IMG/VR virus record: IMGVR_UViG_3300031998_000001
Coordinates: 173,064 to 237,063 of that record
DNA: 64,000 nt
Reading direction: 5' to 3' (one strand)
Source: a virus
Taxonomy: Duplodnaviria; Heunggongvirae; Uroviricota; Caudoviricetes
The notes under the pieces were generated by a model. It was not told where the DNA came from, did no database searches, and was given only the letters and a program-made list of their open reading frames with translations. Each line of letters starts with the position of its first letter. Positions within the stretch are counted from its first letter, which is position 1. The position numbers were made by a program, and so were the translations under genes. Below are positions 21,830 to 32,047 of the stretch, one piece after another.

Positions 21830-23077
21830 ATGTTAAGGGCGTTGAAGATACGGCTATATCCGAACAAGGAACAGCAGACCAAGATAAACAAGGTCTTGGG
21901 CTGTTATCGGTTCGTCTATAACCAGTGCCTTGAACGGAAGATGAAAGCATATAAGGATGAATGTACTTCGTTAGGTCTGACCGACCTGTCCAAGTGGTTT
22001 CACGGTGTTTTGATTAAAGACGAGCGATACGCTTGGTTGAAACAGCAGAACACGAAGGTTATGAAGCAGTCTATAAGGCAGATGCTTACGGCATATACCA
22101 ACTTCTTCAAGTTGCATAGGGGCTTCCCGAAGTTCAAGTCAAAGCACGACACTGTTCTTTCTGCTTTATTCCCCATCGAGGCTATATCGTCCCGAAACAC
22201 ATTCGACGATAGAAAGATTACATTAACCAAAGATTTAAAAGACATTCGTTTCAGGTGCTCCAAGTTGTATTACGCACGGCTTAAAGCATATAAGGACAAT
22301 ATACGAAGTGCTACCCTGTCGAGAACCAAGACGGGCAAGTATTTCTTGTCAATCCTTATGGACATTCCAGACGATGAACTAATCAGGTTCAAGCGGACTG
22401 GAAACAGCGTAGGCATAGACTTGGGCGTAAAGGATTTCGTGATTACATCCGATGGCGAGGTGTTCGAGAACAGGCATTTTCTCAAGAAAACCGAGCACAG
22501 GATAAAGGTCTTGCAGAAGCAACTGTACAGGAAGGTCAAGGGTTCTAACAACCGTATGAAGCAAAGGATACGGCTTGCAACCGCCTATGAACGGCTGGCG
22601 AACCAGCGCGAAGCCTACATACACTATGTCGTTAACTCGTTGCTGAAGGATTACGATACGGTGTTTATGGAAGACCTTAATGTGCGCGGTATGTTGAAGA
22701 ACCATAGACTTGCGAAGGCTATCGCCGAGGTCGGCTTGTACAGGTTCAGAAGCATATTGACCGACAAGGCTATGGTTAACGGCAAGCAGGTCGTGTTCGT
22801 TGACAGGTTCTATCCGTCATCGAAGACCTGCTCCGTATGCGAATACATTAAACGGGACTTGACGCTTGCCGATAGGGAGTGGACTTGTCCCGAATGCGGA
22901 ACGCACCACGACCGAGATGTCAACGCATCAATAAACATCCTGAACGAAGGTAAACGGATAATAGGCAGCCGTACTGCCGAATTTAAGCCTGTGGACTGCC
23001 CGACTATGGATGACCGTTCAGCAATGAACCTAAAAAGTAGTGGCAGGGCGAAGCAGGAAAGAGAAACAGATGAATAG
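21830..23077 (+). CDS. tnpB: TnpB RNA-guided endonuclease
   Basis: ALKIRLYP HTH, RuvC-I GIDLGVKD, RuvC-II EDLNV, Zn finger CSVC/CPEC, RuvC-III DRDVNA; start at MLRAL. Confidence 0.92.
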   Translation: MLRALKIRLYPNKEQQTKINKVLGCYRFVYNQCLERKMKAYKDECTSLGLTDLSKWFHGVLIKDERYAWLKQQNTKVMKQSIRQMLTAYTNFFKLHRGFPKFKSKHDTVLSALFPIEAISSRNTFDDRKITLTKDLKDIRFRCSKLYYARLKAYKDNIRSATLSRTKTGKYFLSILMDIPDDELIRFKRTGNSVGIDLGVKDFVITSDGEVFENRHFLKKTEHRIKVLQKQLYRKVKGSNNRMKQRIRLATAYERLANQREAYIHYVVNSLLKDYDTVFMEDLNVRGMLKNHRLAKAIAEVGLYRFRSILTDKAMVNGKQVVFVDRFYPSSKTCSVCEYIKRDLTLADREWTCPECGTHHDRDVNASINILNEGKRIIGSRTAEFKPVDCPTMDDRSAMNLKSSGRAKQERETDE

Positions 23078-24209
23078 CATAGTTTTTATAGGTTTTTTTA
23101 TACGGTGATGATGAGAATTAAGACATTGTGCGTGGGTGACGCGGTTCACTTCGCACGGGAAAAAAGGCACATAGTGTCATTCTGCGACGACACGAAAAGC
23201 GGATGTTCGCTCGTGGTGTACAAGGTCTGGGCGAAGTACAAGAACTGCTACCGATACCACTGCGAGCCTCTTGAATCGTTCCTGTTTGCCGTTGCGCTCA
23301 ACGAAGGGTATGACAAGAAGAAGCGTGCAAGGTTCTTTGCACTGAACGGAGTGAAGGGAGGAATGGTATGCACGGAATAATAAAGGACAGCGAAATCGCC
23401 ACCGACAAGTTGGCGCGTGACATAGACGGCTATGTTTCGGTCTTGCAGGCGATTGCCGAGTACAAGGCTGACGCGGAGGACGACCGCACCCCGTACCAGT
23501 TGGAAACGAGGAGGAAGGATATGCACGACAGGCTCTTCAACGAGGACATACTCCCGACATTGAGTTTAAGGAAGGGCTTTACGGAGAACGACGCATACCT
23601 GCGCTCGAAGGAGATATTCTCCAATCTCGACAAGGTGTGGCGGATATACGATATGACGGAGTTCGACATCACTGACGACAACTGCGCCAAGTGGCTGGTA
23701 ACGCACCTGTACCACTTCTTGCAGACGACCGAGACGAAGTATTTTCTCGAAGGAGTGACGGACAAGATACACGGAATACACATCTTCTGACTATGGAAAT
23801 TAAGAACAGGATAATAGCAACGGAGATTGCTGCTCTTGGCAAGGGCATCCGCTACGGGATTGTCGATACCGAGACTGGCAGGATATTGGAAAACGCAAAC
23901 GGCTACGGCTTCACGACACCGCAGAAGGCGTGGAGTGCATACTGCTTCAAGCGCAAGCACAAGGAGATAAGCGAGGAAGCCAGCCAGAAAAGGGAGGCGG
24001 TCGCGAAGTTCATAAGGGAGAACAGGGAACTCGTAGAGGAGTTGAGGGAAAGGATACGGCTCTCCTGCGAGAACTGCTCGGCTATGACCGACAGGGAGAT
24101 TGGCGAGTTCATATCCGAAAGGGGCGTGGAACTCCCGTTCCCAGTAAGGCACTTGAAGAAGCAACTGTAATTTGACAATATAATGCTTATATATTAGGAG
24201 GAAAAGATT

Positions 24210-25265
24210 ATGTTCAGCAAGGAGATAGAGGACAGGCTGATATACGAGTACATAAGGGGTTCGCACTGCCACGGCACGAACACCCCGACAAGCGATGTGG
24301 ATATGGGCGGGGTGTTCGTCTCGCCCACGGAGAAACTCATATCGCTCAACCCCGAAGCCGACACGGTGGAGGACAGCAGGAACGACTGCGTGGCGTACGA
24401 ACTGGGCAAATACTGCCGACTTCTCCTGAAAGCCAACCCGACTATGCTCGAATCGCTCTTCGTTGACGACAAGTTCATAGTCAGGATGCACCCGTCCTTC
24501 ACACTGATAAGGGACATACGCGACACATTCGTAACGCAGGACTGCTTCAACTCGTTCACGGGCTATGCGTACTCGCAGATTTCAAAGGCTCGCGGGCTGA
24601 ACAAGAAGATTGTCAACCCAGTCGAAAGGAGGCTCGGAGTGCTCGACTTCTGCTACACATTCAGCGGGGGAGGAAGCGTCCCTATGTCCGAGTGGCTCTC
24701 GGCTGCGGGGCTTTCGCGGGAAAGGTGCGGGCTTGTGGCGATAGACCATATGCACGATGCCTATGCCGTGTACTACTGCACGGACGAAGTGAATGTGTTC
24801 AGGGGGATAGCCGACGGGGACAGCGACGAGGTTCGGCTGACTTCGGTCCCGAAGGGGCTTGAGCCGATTTGCTATATGACATACAACAAGTCTGGCTACT
24901 CCTTGCATTGCAAGGAATACAGGGAATATCAGGACTGGGTGAGAAAGCGCAACCAGCAGAGGTATGAGTCGAACTTGGACAAGAACTATGACAGCAAGAA
25001 CATATCGGAGTGCTTCCGCCTGTTGAGGATGGGCGCGGAGATAGCGCGTGGAGAGGGCGTGATAGTCAACCGCGCTGGTCGGGATGCCGAGTTCCTGCTC
25101 GACATAAAGGCTCACAAGTACGAGTACGACGAGATAATGCGTATGCTCGAAGCGGAGTTTGCCGAAATGAAGAAGTATATGGAAACCACCACGCTCCCGA
25201 AGCACGCAGACCAGAAGATTGTCAACGATGTGCTGCTGAAGATAAGGCGCGAACTCGGACAGTGA
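24210..25265 (+). CDS. Pol-beta superfamily nucleotidyltransferase
   Basis: GSHCHGTNTPTSDVDMGGVF, YELGKYCRLLLKANP. Confidence 0.85.
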   Translation: MFSKEIEDRLIYEYIRGSHCHGTNTPTSDVDMGGVFVSPTEKLISLNPEADTVEDSRNDCVAYELGKYCRLLLKANPTMLESLFVDDKFIVRMHPSFTLIRDIRDTFVTQDCFNSFTGYAYSQISKARGLNKKIVNPVERRLGVLDFCYTFSGGGSVPMSEWLSAAGLSRERCGLVAIDHMHDAYAVYYCTDEVNVFRGIADGDSDEVRLTSVPKGLEPICYMTYNKSGYSLHCKEYREYQDWVRKRNQQRYESNLDKNYDSKNISECFRLLRMGAEIARGEGVIVNRAGRDAEFLLDIKAHKYEYDEIMRMLEAEFAEMKKYMETTTLPKHADQKIVNDVLLKIRRELGQ

Positions 25266-25273
25266 TATAAATA
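25266..25273 (+). promoter_or_regulatory. T4-type late promoter TATAAATA
   Basis: 31 nt upstream of ATG 25297. Confidence 0.7.
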
Positions 25274-25296
25274 ATCCATAATAAATCCGAGACACT

Positions 25297-25590
25297 ATGG
25301 TACATATCAGACGAATAAACGAAACCGTAAATATGAACAAGAAATACTTTGTAGGCGCAAGAGTGTTCATCACACAGGAAGTGATAGACTACATCAAAAG
25401 ATACGAGAAGAACTTCCCGCCCGACATATTCGACAGGGTAAAGGTCGGTATGCTGTGGGATGTGAAGGATATGTATATCTCTGGCGGGGAGGTTATGATA
25501 CAGATTAACAACGGTGACGACTGGGTGTTCGTGCCAGCGTACCTGTTCTACAGCGACAGTTATGTCGAATACCTGCGGACTATATGCTGA
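25297..25590 (+). CDS. HIKRINE-tagged small protein
   Basis: Starts MVHIRRINE. Confidence 0.6.
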   Translation: MVHIRRINETVNMNKKYFVGARVFITQEVIDYIKRYEKNFPPDIFDRVKVGMLWDVKDMYISGGEVMIQINNGDDWVFVPAYLFYSDSYVEYLRTIC

Positions 25591-25881
25591 TGGGAAACAC
25601 GAACAAGATAACGGAAGCGTGGCTTGAAGCCAACAACTTCAGGTATGATGCCACATACGGTGTGTGGGAGATGGAAGTTGACGGCTACGACCACGGCTTT
25701 TATGATTATGTCTGCTTCAATCCCAGTTACAACTTCGCCATAGTGGTACACAGGTATCGGAACTCAAATTCAAAGGAGGAAACCAATGAGTTCAAGGGGA
25801 ATATGGATAATATCGAGGCACTCTGCTCCGCAGTCGCCCTGTGCGGTTGCAATGTGAAGTTGAACTTTTAGCGAGGTTTTT

Positions 25882-25910
25882 CTGAAATCACTATCTATTA
25901 ACTATATATT
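25882..25910 (+). promoter_or_regulatory. CTGAAA-N17-TATATT promoter (copy 6)
   Basis: Strict motif upstream of 25945. Confidence 0.8.
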
Positions 25911-26539
25911 AGTGATGAAAGGAACAATCGAAAACTAAAAGGATATGATACCAAAAGGAACAAAAATCAATCTGGAAGTGGTTGCGACAGGTGGCTTCGG
26001 CGTAGCAACCCTTCCGATGGAGGTCGAATACGACGGCGACCCCGTAAAATTTCATAAAGATATAGTGGTCAACGCCGCAGTAAGCGGATACCCCGCTATA
26101 CTTAATTATAAGGGTCATTTCGAGGCTCTTATGAAATGGGTTGACCATATCGGCGTATTCGAGATGGTACTCGAAAAAATATTAAAGACACAATGCTACG
26201 AGCCGTTGCTGGAAGCCGTAAGGCACATAAAGACACTTCCGTCCGAAATGAAGGAGAAGTACATCGCGGAGTGCGAGAAGAAGGGCATAGCCCTGTGGGA
26301 GTACAACGGCAAGTGGCTTGTCGGCTACAATGATGATGAAATGGTATCGGCAAGAAGATGCGGCTGGGAGGAAAACCTGCTCTGCACGGAATGGTGCAAG
26401 GCATACTGGTGGCTCGACGGATTTACACGCGCACTTGATTTCGCAGGCTTGGACGGAAGCGGTGCGGAAAAGACAAGGAACATCTGCCACAATTTAGGCA
26501 TAGACGGATAATGCGAAAAACAACCAGAACACATATACG

Positions 26540-27340
26540 ATGAAAGAAACAAAATTGAAAGTAACATTCAGCCTGTCCGATGCCCAGACCAAAGGCGGGT
26601 GCAAATATGATGTCGCGAGTATGAAGGACGCGCTGGAAAGATACAAGGAGAAACTCGGCGACGGTTGCACGGCGTTAGGCGAACTTGCGGACGCACCGTC
26701 CACGAACCCGATTTACGGAAGCAACCTCTTGTACGAGAACCTTGCCGTAAGTACGGCGAACGCCTCGCATATCGTGGAAAGCGTATCAATGGACGATGAC
26801 GGAAACCTGACTGGCACGATAAGGCTTCTTGACACCATAAATGGAAAACTCGCCTCCGATATGGTCGCCAAGGGCTTCAAGTTATGTATGATACCCCGTG
26901 CGCTCGGCATCCGCGAAGGCGACACATACAAGGTCGATACGATAGTTTCGTTCGACATAATGATAATGCCAGAAACACCGCACCAGAGCAAACGCAACGA
27001 ACCGCATCCGCTGGGCACTTGTTCGGAGTGCGCCTTCGGGCACTGGTTCGGTGACGGACTGTTCTGCGACTTCGGGTATGCAAAGGGCGATACCGCGCAG
27101 GCGCACGGGGCAAACCCGAACGGGCGTTGCGGGATGTTTCAGGGAATAGACGACAACTTCGAGGAGGACAAGATAGTGATTACGCTCCCCGCAACCGACA
27201 CATACGGGAAATATCACATCGACCCGCTGAAACCAGAGGGACGCGGACTTGCGTACCTGAAGGAGGACTTGTCCTACATACTCGGTTGCGGGCGGAACGA
27301 CATCAAGGTCGAGTTCAAGTCGAAAAGGGACAGACATTAA
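26540..27340 (+). CDS. T4 gp21-like prohead protease paralog, probably inactive, with Cys-rich C-terminal extension
   Basis: ALGELADAP (cf. ALGELNHP), ASHIV, IRLLDTINGKL, MIPRALG (cf. VSSRGLG), SFDI. Confidence 0.6.
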   Translation: MKETKLKVTFSLSDAQTKGGCKYDVASMKDALERYKEKLGDGCTALGELADAPSTNPIYGSNLLYENLAVSTANASHIVESVSMDDDGNLTGTIRLLDTINGKLASDMVAKGFKLCMIPRALGIREGDTYKVDTIVSFDIMIMPETPHQSKRNEPHPLGTCSECAFGHWFGDGLFCDFGYAKGDTAQAHGANPNGRCGMFQGIDDNFEEDKIVITLPATDTYGKYHIDPLKPEGRGLAYLKEDLSYILGCGRNDIKVEFKSKRDRH

Positions 27341-27990
27341 ACGGAATACGAATATGATACTTGAAGAAAAACGCAAGAAACTGCTGGACGACGGGTATGC
27401 GGATGTCATACTGTTCGAGATGCAGAGTTACGACAAGTCGCTCATCGGAGTGACGGCTGACGGGCGTGCCGTCTATGACTACGATATGATGGTCGAGGAA
27501 TATATGGCGGACAACGGGTGCGATGTGGAAGACGCAACGGAATGGATAGACTATAACACACTCGGTGCCATAACCGCCGACGGTTCGCTCCCGATAGTGC
27601 TATACCGCAACGAGGACGATGAGGCTGTGAATATCCTGACGGACGAGAAGGTCGAAATTGCATACAAAATTTAAAGGGCGCGGGAAATGAAAGTGGAATT
27701 TATAAAATACGGCAAGCCCCTGACGAGGGAGAATGTTCAGGAACTCGGAAAGTACGGAAACCGCTTCATAGTCAAGACCACCGAGAAGCGCACCAGACCG
27801 GGGGAAGGTCTATGGGACGATGACGAGGTGTACTATGAAACAACCATACAAATTCTTATCCTGCACGAGAACATCACTATGCTCGGAGGGGACTTCCTTT
27901 TCAGTTATGACAAGGACATAACGATAGACGGGTACTGCCCGCTTGAGTTCGACGAGGTTGAGAATGAAAGTTTAACTATAATGGTTTAAG

Positions 27991-28269
27991 ATGGAAATCG
28001 GATTCAACACGAAATACGATGTCGGTGAAATAAAACCGAGTGCAAAACTTGACGAGATTATTGGCGAAATAAAATCAAGTGCAAAACTTGATGACGGGCA
28101 TACCGCGCTGATTGCGTTTGGATACGATGACGAGCCGTTGGGATGGCGCAGTGTGGGGATAACACCAGACGGTTACTCGTACAACGATATGCACGAACTT
28201 GTTATGGAGCATCCGGGTTTGCGTTATTGTCGTTCTATTAAGGACATTTTATCAATTAAAAACATATAA
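27991..28269 (+). CDS. small protein with internal 13-aa tandem duplication
   Basis: GEIKPSAKLDEII / GEIKSSAKLDD, 39-bp period at 28024 and 28063. Confidence 0.55.
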   Translation: MEIGFNTKYDVGEIKPSAKLDEIIGEIKSSAKLDDGHTALIAFGYDDEPLGWRSVGITPDGYSYNDMHELVMEHPGLRYCRSIKDILSIKNI

Positions 28270-28533
28270 ATGGAAATCAGATTTGACACGAAATACAACA
28301 TCGGTCAGGATGTATGGTTTGTGAACAACAACAGGATAGAGTCGGCAACCGTAAGCGACATTGCGTTGGCGGTAACTGCGGACAAGGGCAATGGCGGTGC
28401 GCCAGTTATGAGCGTCAACTATGTGGCTGGCGGGAAACTATTGGGCGAGGACGAGATGTTCGGGAGCGTGGACGGGCTTCTCTGGGCACTTCTCGATGAC
28501 TGCAACAAGAGATATTGTATAATCAAGGAATAA
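28270..28533 (+). CDS. small protein of the 'TKYNIGxxVWF' type
   Basis: MEIRFDTKYNIGQDVWFV. Confidence 0.55.
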   Translation: MEIRFDTKYNIGQDVWFVNNNRIESATVSDIALAVTADKGNGGAPVMSVNYVAGGKLLGEDEMFGSVDGLLWALLDDCNKRYCIIKE

Positions 28534-29028
28534 CGGCTATGACAAAGAGCAAGGTTTTAAGGATACTGGCGGGCTACGCCGACAAGGTGGTCTATCACCC
28601 GTACGACTACTACAAGCGCGAGTACGACAACATCAGGGACTTGGTGGAAGGCACTAACGAGGAGAAGTACGACCCCGACTATGTGACGGGCGAACTTACG
28701 GGCGGAGACCTGATGGATATGCTTTCGGCTGATACGGTGAAGCCGTCGGACAACATACTCCCGAACTCGCTTGTAAGGGACGGGCTGTGTACATTCGAGG
28801 CGACCGCACGCTGGCTTATGCTCGGCACGCTGGAAAGGAACGCGCCGAACCATACTTATATTGCAGTGGAGGTCAAGGAAAGCCTCGACAGATATGCGGA
28901 ATACTACAACGCCCACAAGGAGGTGATAGAGAAGAAAAGAGCCGACGAGCAAAAAAGATGGGGAAGGTTTATGCACCACTTCGTGCCGTATGCGACCATC
29001 TACGACCACTTGAAATAGGAGGCTTGTT

Positions 29029-30036
29029 ATGATATTGGACAAGAAGAAATACTCGAAAAACGCCAAGTTCTATACCGTCACGATAGGCGGCAAGATATAC
29101 ATACAGGGAACGAACTCCCTGCTGGAAGGCGTGGTCGAGATACCGCACGGGGTGTTCTTAATCGCACAGCAGGCGTTTATGAACCGCCACGAGATAACGG
29201 AGGTCATAATACCCGACACTGTTGAGAAGATAGATATCGGTGCATTTATGTACTGCGCCAACCTTCGGAAAGTGACGATACCGAACTCGGTGAAATGTAT
29301 AGAGCGCAACGCATTTTACGGCACTGCGCTTGAAAGCGTGGTATTGCCAGACAGCATAGAGTGCATCGGGGAAAGTGCGTTCGGATACTGTGAGAAACTC
29401 AAGGATGTCAAGTTCACCAGAGGGACGGACAAGATACCAACAAACTGCTTCTACAAATGCTCGTCGCTTGAACATATCGACATACCAGATACGGTCAAGT
29501 ACATAGGCGCAAGCGCATTTGGTCGGTGCTATTCGCTAAACAATGTGGTCGTACCAGAATCCGTCGAGACAATTCAGGGCGGTGCCTTTGAGTTCTGCGA
29601 GAACCTGAACAGCATATCAATTACGGACAAGACGACATACATAGGGGCTTGCGCCTTCGCCAAGCACAAGAGGAAAGAGTCGATTGAAGTCCCGCCAGAA
29701 CCCGTAAGGGCGTACAAGGCGTTTGAGCGGAAGGACGGCAGGCTCGTGTGCAGAAACTTCACATACTGGGAGGACGGGGTGTTTGAGACCGAATATGCCG
29801 AGATGTGCTACAAGGGTTTTCACGCCTGCACAGACCCGCTCGATGTGTTCTCGTACTACAGCGGAATTATCGGTGATACCGTAGAAGTCCACGAGGTACT
29901 GCTCGAAGGCATACCCGACGACATTGACCCCCGCGACTGCGACGACAGCAAACTTGTCGGGACGAAGATAACGGTAGGTCGCAGGCTTTCATTGAACGAA
30001 ATTTCAGAGATACATAACAACTTGGTGTCGAAATAA
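29029..30036 (+). CDS. BspA/LRR_5 leucine-rich repeat protein fused to a phage 'GFHAC' domain
   Basis: About 7 repeats of V.IP..V..I...AF..C..L; C-terminal AYKAF...KGFHACTDPLDVFSYY. Confidence 0.85.
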   Translation: MILDKKKYSKNAKFYTVTIGGKIYIQGTNSLLEGVVEIPHGVFLIAQQAFMNRHEITEVIIPDTVEKIDIGAFMYCANLRKVTIPNSVKCIERNAFYGTALESVVLPDSIECIGESAFGYCEKLKDVKFTRGTDKIPTNCFYKCSSLEHIDIPDTVKYIGASAFGRCYSLNNVVVPESVETIQGGAFEFCENLNSISITDKTTYIGACAFAKHKRKESIEVPPEPVRAYKAFERKDGRLVCRNFTYWEDGVFETEYAEMCYKGFHACTDPLDVFSYYSGIIGDTVEVHEVLLEGIPDDIDPRDCDDSKLVGTKITVGRRLSLNEISEIHNNLVSK

Positions 30037-30045
30037 CCTATTTTT

Positions 30046-30074
30046 CTGAAATCATTATATATTTCCAATATATT
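30046..30074 (+). promoter_or_regulatory. CTGAAA-N17-TATATT promoter (copy 7)
   Basis: Strict motif upstream of 30101. Confidence 0.8.
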
Positions 30075-30472
30075 AGTGTTGGAAGAAACACATTAGGACT
30101 ATGAAATTCTACATTGACAAGGCAAGACTTGAGGAGAACGAAGGCTATATCGTTCTCGGCTACACCAACTTGGAAACGGAAGAAGGCAACACGGGCAGGG
30201 GCGTTCGCCTCTGCGCCCGTACCCCGAAAGGATACCCGTCGAAGAAACTCGTCAGGCTGGAAAAGGCAGTCGTCATCGGCTACGAGATGTTCCGTGGTCG
30301 TATGCACGCGAAGATAGACGGGGAGCAAGGCAAACGCCTCCTTGCCGAATATGACGAGAGCAAGATGAAGCACTGGTTTTCGGACAGTGAGATGCCGAGC
30401 AATACGGCTTTCGGGACTTGGTGCGGTATGCACGGGATGGACGCGGACAGAATATGCTAAAACCAGAACGAT

Positions 30473-30676
30473 ATGAAGATAGGAACGATAGAAGATTTAT
30501 GCAAGGGCATCGCGAAGAAGATAGGCTTGCCGAAAGACCGCCACATCGCAGCCTTGTTCGAGGGCAACGACTCGAATGAAATCATAGGCTGGGCGGTGCT
30601 TGACGAGAACAACACGATAGCCAAGAGGTACGATGAACTTGAAGAACTGCTTAAAGACTACGGAATAGAAGTATGA
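30473..30676 (+). CDS. small protein, paralog of 45400
   Basis: CKGIAKKI...HIA...GWAVLD.NN...KRY....ELLKDYG. Confidence 0.65.
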   Translation: MKIGTIEDLCKGIAKKIGLPKDRHIAALFEGNDSNEIIGWAVLDENNTIAKRYDELEELLKDYGIEV

Positions 30677-31157
30677 AAGGGAAAGACAACGACAAGGAGA
30701 AAATTAACCGCTTCGGTCTTATGATGGCACAGTTGGGAGTTACGCTCCGCAGTGCTTGGCGGATGCTCGGTGCGGTTATGGACAAAACGATAGTCAAGTG
30801 GTGCTTGTGCATCGCCCGCGCAATACAGCACGGCTGGCGTTGGTGGTGGAACAACACATTCCTCTGCACGATGTCGATACTGCTGATTATAGTGGGGATA
30901 TTCGTCGGGGTATGTGTGCTTGGCGCGAAGTGCAACGAATATGACAAAAGGCGCAGGGCGGAACTCTACGAGAGGATAGAGGCGGACTGGACGGTAAACG
31001 ACACTTCGTTCGTCAAGAAGATGGACGGTATGTATATCTACCGCAGGGAGATAGAGGGGCATCCCTACTACCTCTACCGCAAGGCTGACGGGGAGCACCA
31101 CATAAAGAGCGAGGCACTCGTGCCAGTTACAGGTTGCGAACAATAAAAATCTACTAT

Positions 31158-31559
31158 ATGGAAACGAAAGGTTGTACTACGATTGAGCAGTCGAAACGGC
31201 TCGTCGAACTTGGGGCGAACCCAAGAAGCGCAGATATGTCTTGGTATAGGGCTACGGAGTTGTACCCGTATGAACTTCATACCAACTGCCCGGCGACACA
31301 CGGAAGGTCGGATGGCGATGACCTTATCCCGTGCTGGTCTTCGGAAGCCCTGTGCGCACTGCTCCCGAACAAGGTTGAGGTGAACTACCGCGATATGACG
31401 CTCATTACATACAAGCGTCCAGACGGTTACGAAATGTGCTACGAGGATGTGGAGAGCGACAAATGCGTATATGCGTTTGACTTGGACATAAGCCGTCCGA
31501 CAATACTCGAATGCGCATACGAAGCGTTTATCAGGCTTAACAAATGGGGAATTGTATAG
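31158..31559 (+). CDS. 'TTxEQ...ADM...PCW' family protein
   Basis: TTIEQSKRLVELG...SADMSW...PCWSSEAL. Confidence 0.65.
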   Translation: METKGCTTIEQSKRLVELGANPRSADMSWYRATELYPYELHTNCPATHGRSDGDDLIPCWSSEALCALLPNKVEVNYRDMTLITYKRPDGYEMCYEDVESDKCVYAFDLDISRPTILECAYEAFIRLNKWGIV

Positions 31560-31561
31560 TT

Positions 31562-32011
31562 ATGGCGAAGATATTGAAAATTGACGAGATGCGCGGCACT
31601 GGGAAGTTCTGGATAACGGACTACTTCGACCTGAACGCCATACCGAAAGATGTACTTGCTTCAAAGTGCGTTGACTTCTCCTTTATGGCGAAAAACCAAG
31701 GCTACGGCAAGGAGATATTCGTGAACGGCGACGAGATACTCGCGGAGAAGAAATACTTTACCGCCACATACGAAACCGTGAAGGAAACGCTCCGAGCAAA
31801 GTACAAGTTCGATGACTGGCAGTTTGCGGAGGACAGCGTGGCTAACAATGTCAGGATAATAATATTGTTCGTTGACATCAAGCGCAACAAGGACATAATG
31901 CTTGCGGAAATGAAGTCGCTCGGCTGGAGCGAATCGTTCAGCGATGAAACCGTATATCAGGGCTTCCGCGTAGTGGCGATAAGTTTTTCACCTGTATCTG
32001 AAAATAAATAA
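31562..32011 (+). CDS. protein with tag-like N-terminus, paired with PRTase
   Basis: Starts MAKILKIDEM. Confidence 0.55.
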   Translation: MAKILKIDEMRGTGKFWITDYFDLNAIPKDVLASKCVDFSFMAKNQGYGKEIFVNGDEILAEKKYFTATYETVKETLRAKYKFDDWQFAEDSVANNVRIIILFVDIKRNKDIMLAEMKSLGWSESFSDETVYQGFRVVAISFSPVSENK

Positions 32012-32026
32012 GTTTTCCAATATATT
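31998..32026 (+). promoter_or_regulatory. CTGAAA-N17-TATATT promoter (copy 8)
   Basis: Strict motif upstream of 32048; the spacer contains AATAAATAAGTT, one mismatch from the late promoter. Confidence 0.7.
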
Positions 32027-32047
32027 ATTATAAAGCATATATGCCGT

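Larger units (their letters stand above)
21700..23105 (+). mobile_element. non-autonomous TnpB-only element (IS605/IS607-type); ends approximate
   Basis: tnpB with its own promoter and leader; no TnpA in the window; 3' flank ends ...tttttatacGG. Confidence 0.55.

Noticed and set aside
21630-23097. Terminal inverted repeats around the first tnpB (aaaaccta at both ends)
   Set aside because: Only 8 bp perfect in AT-rich sequence; too weak to call.
24165-24198. Additional CTGAAA-N17-TATATT promoter before the nucleotidyltransferase
   Set aside because: TATATTAGG is present but the upstream hexamer does not match at 17-nt spacing; not counted.
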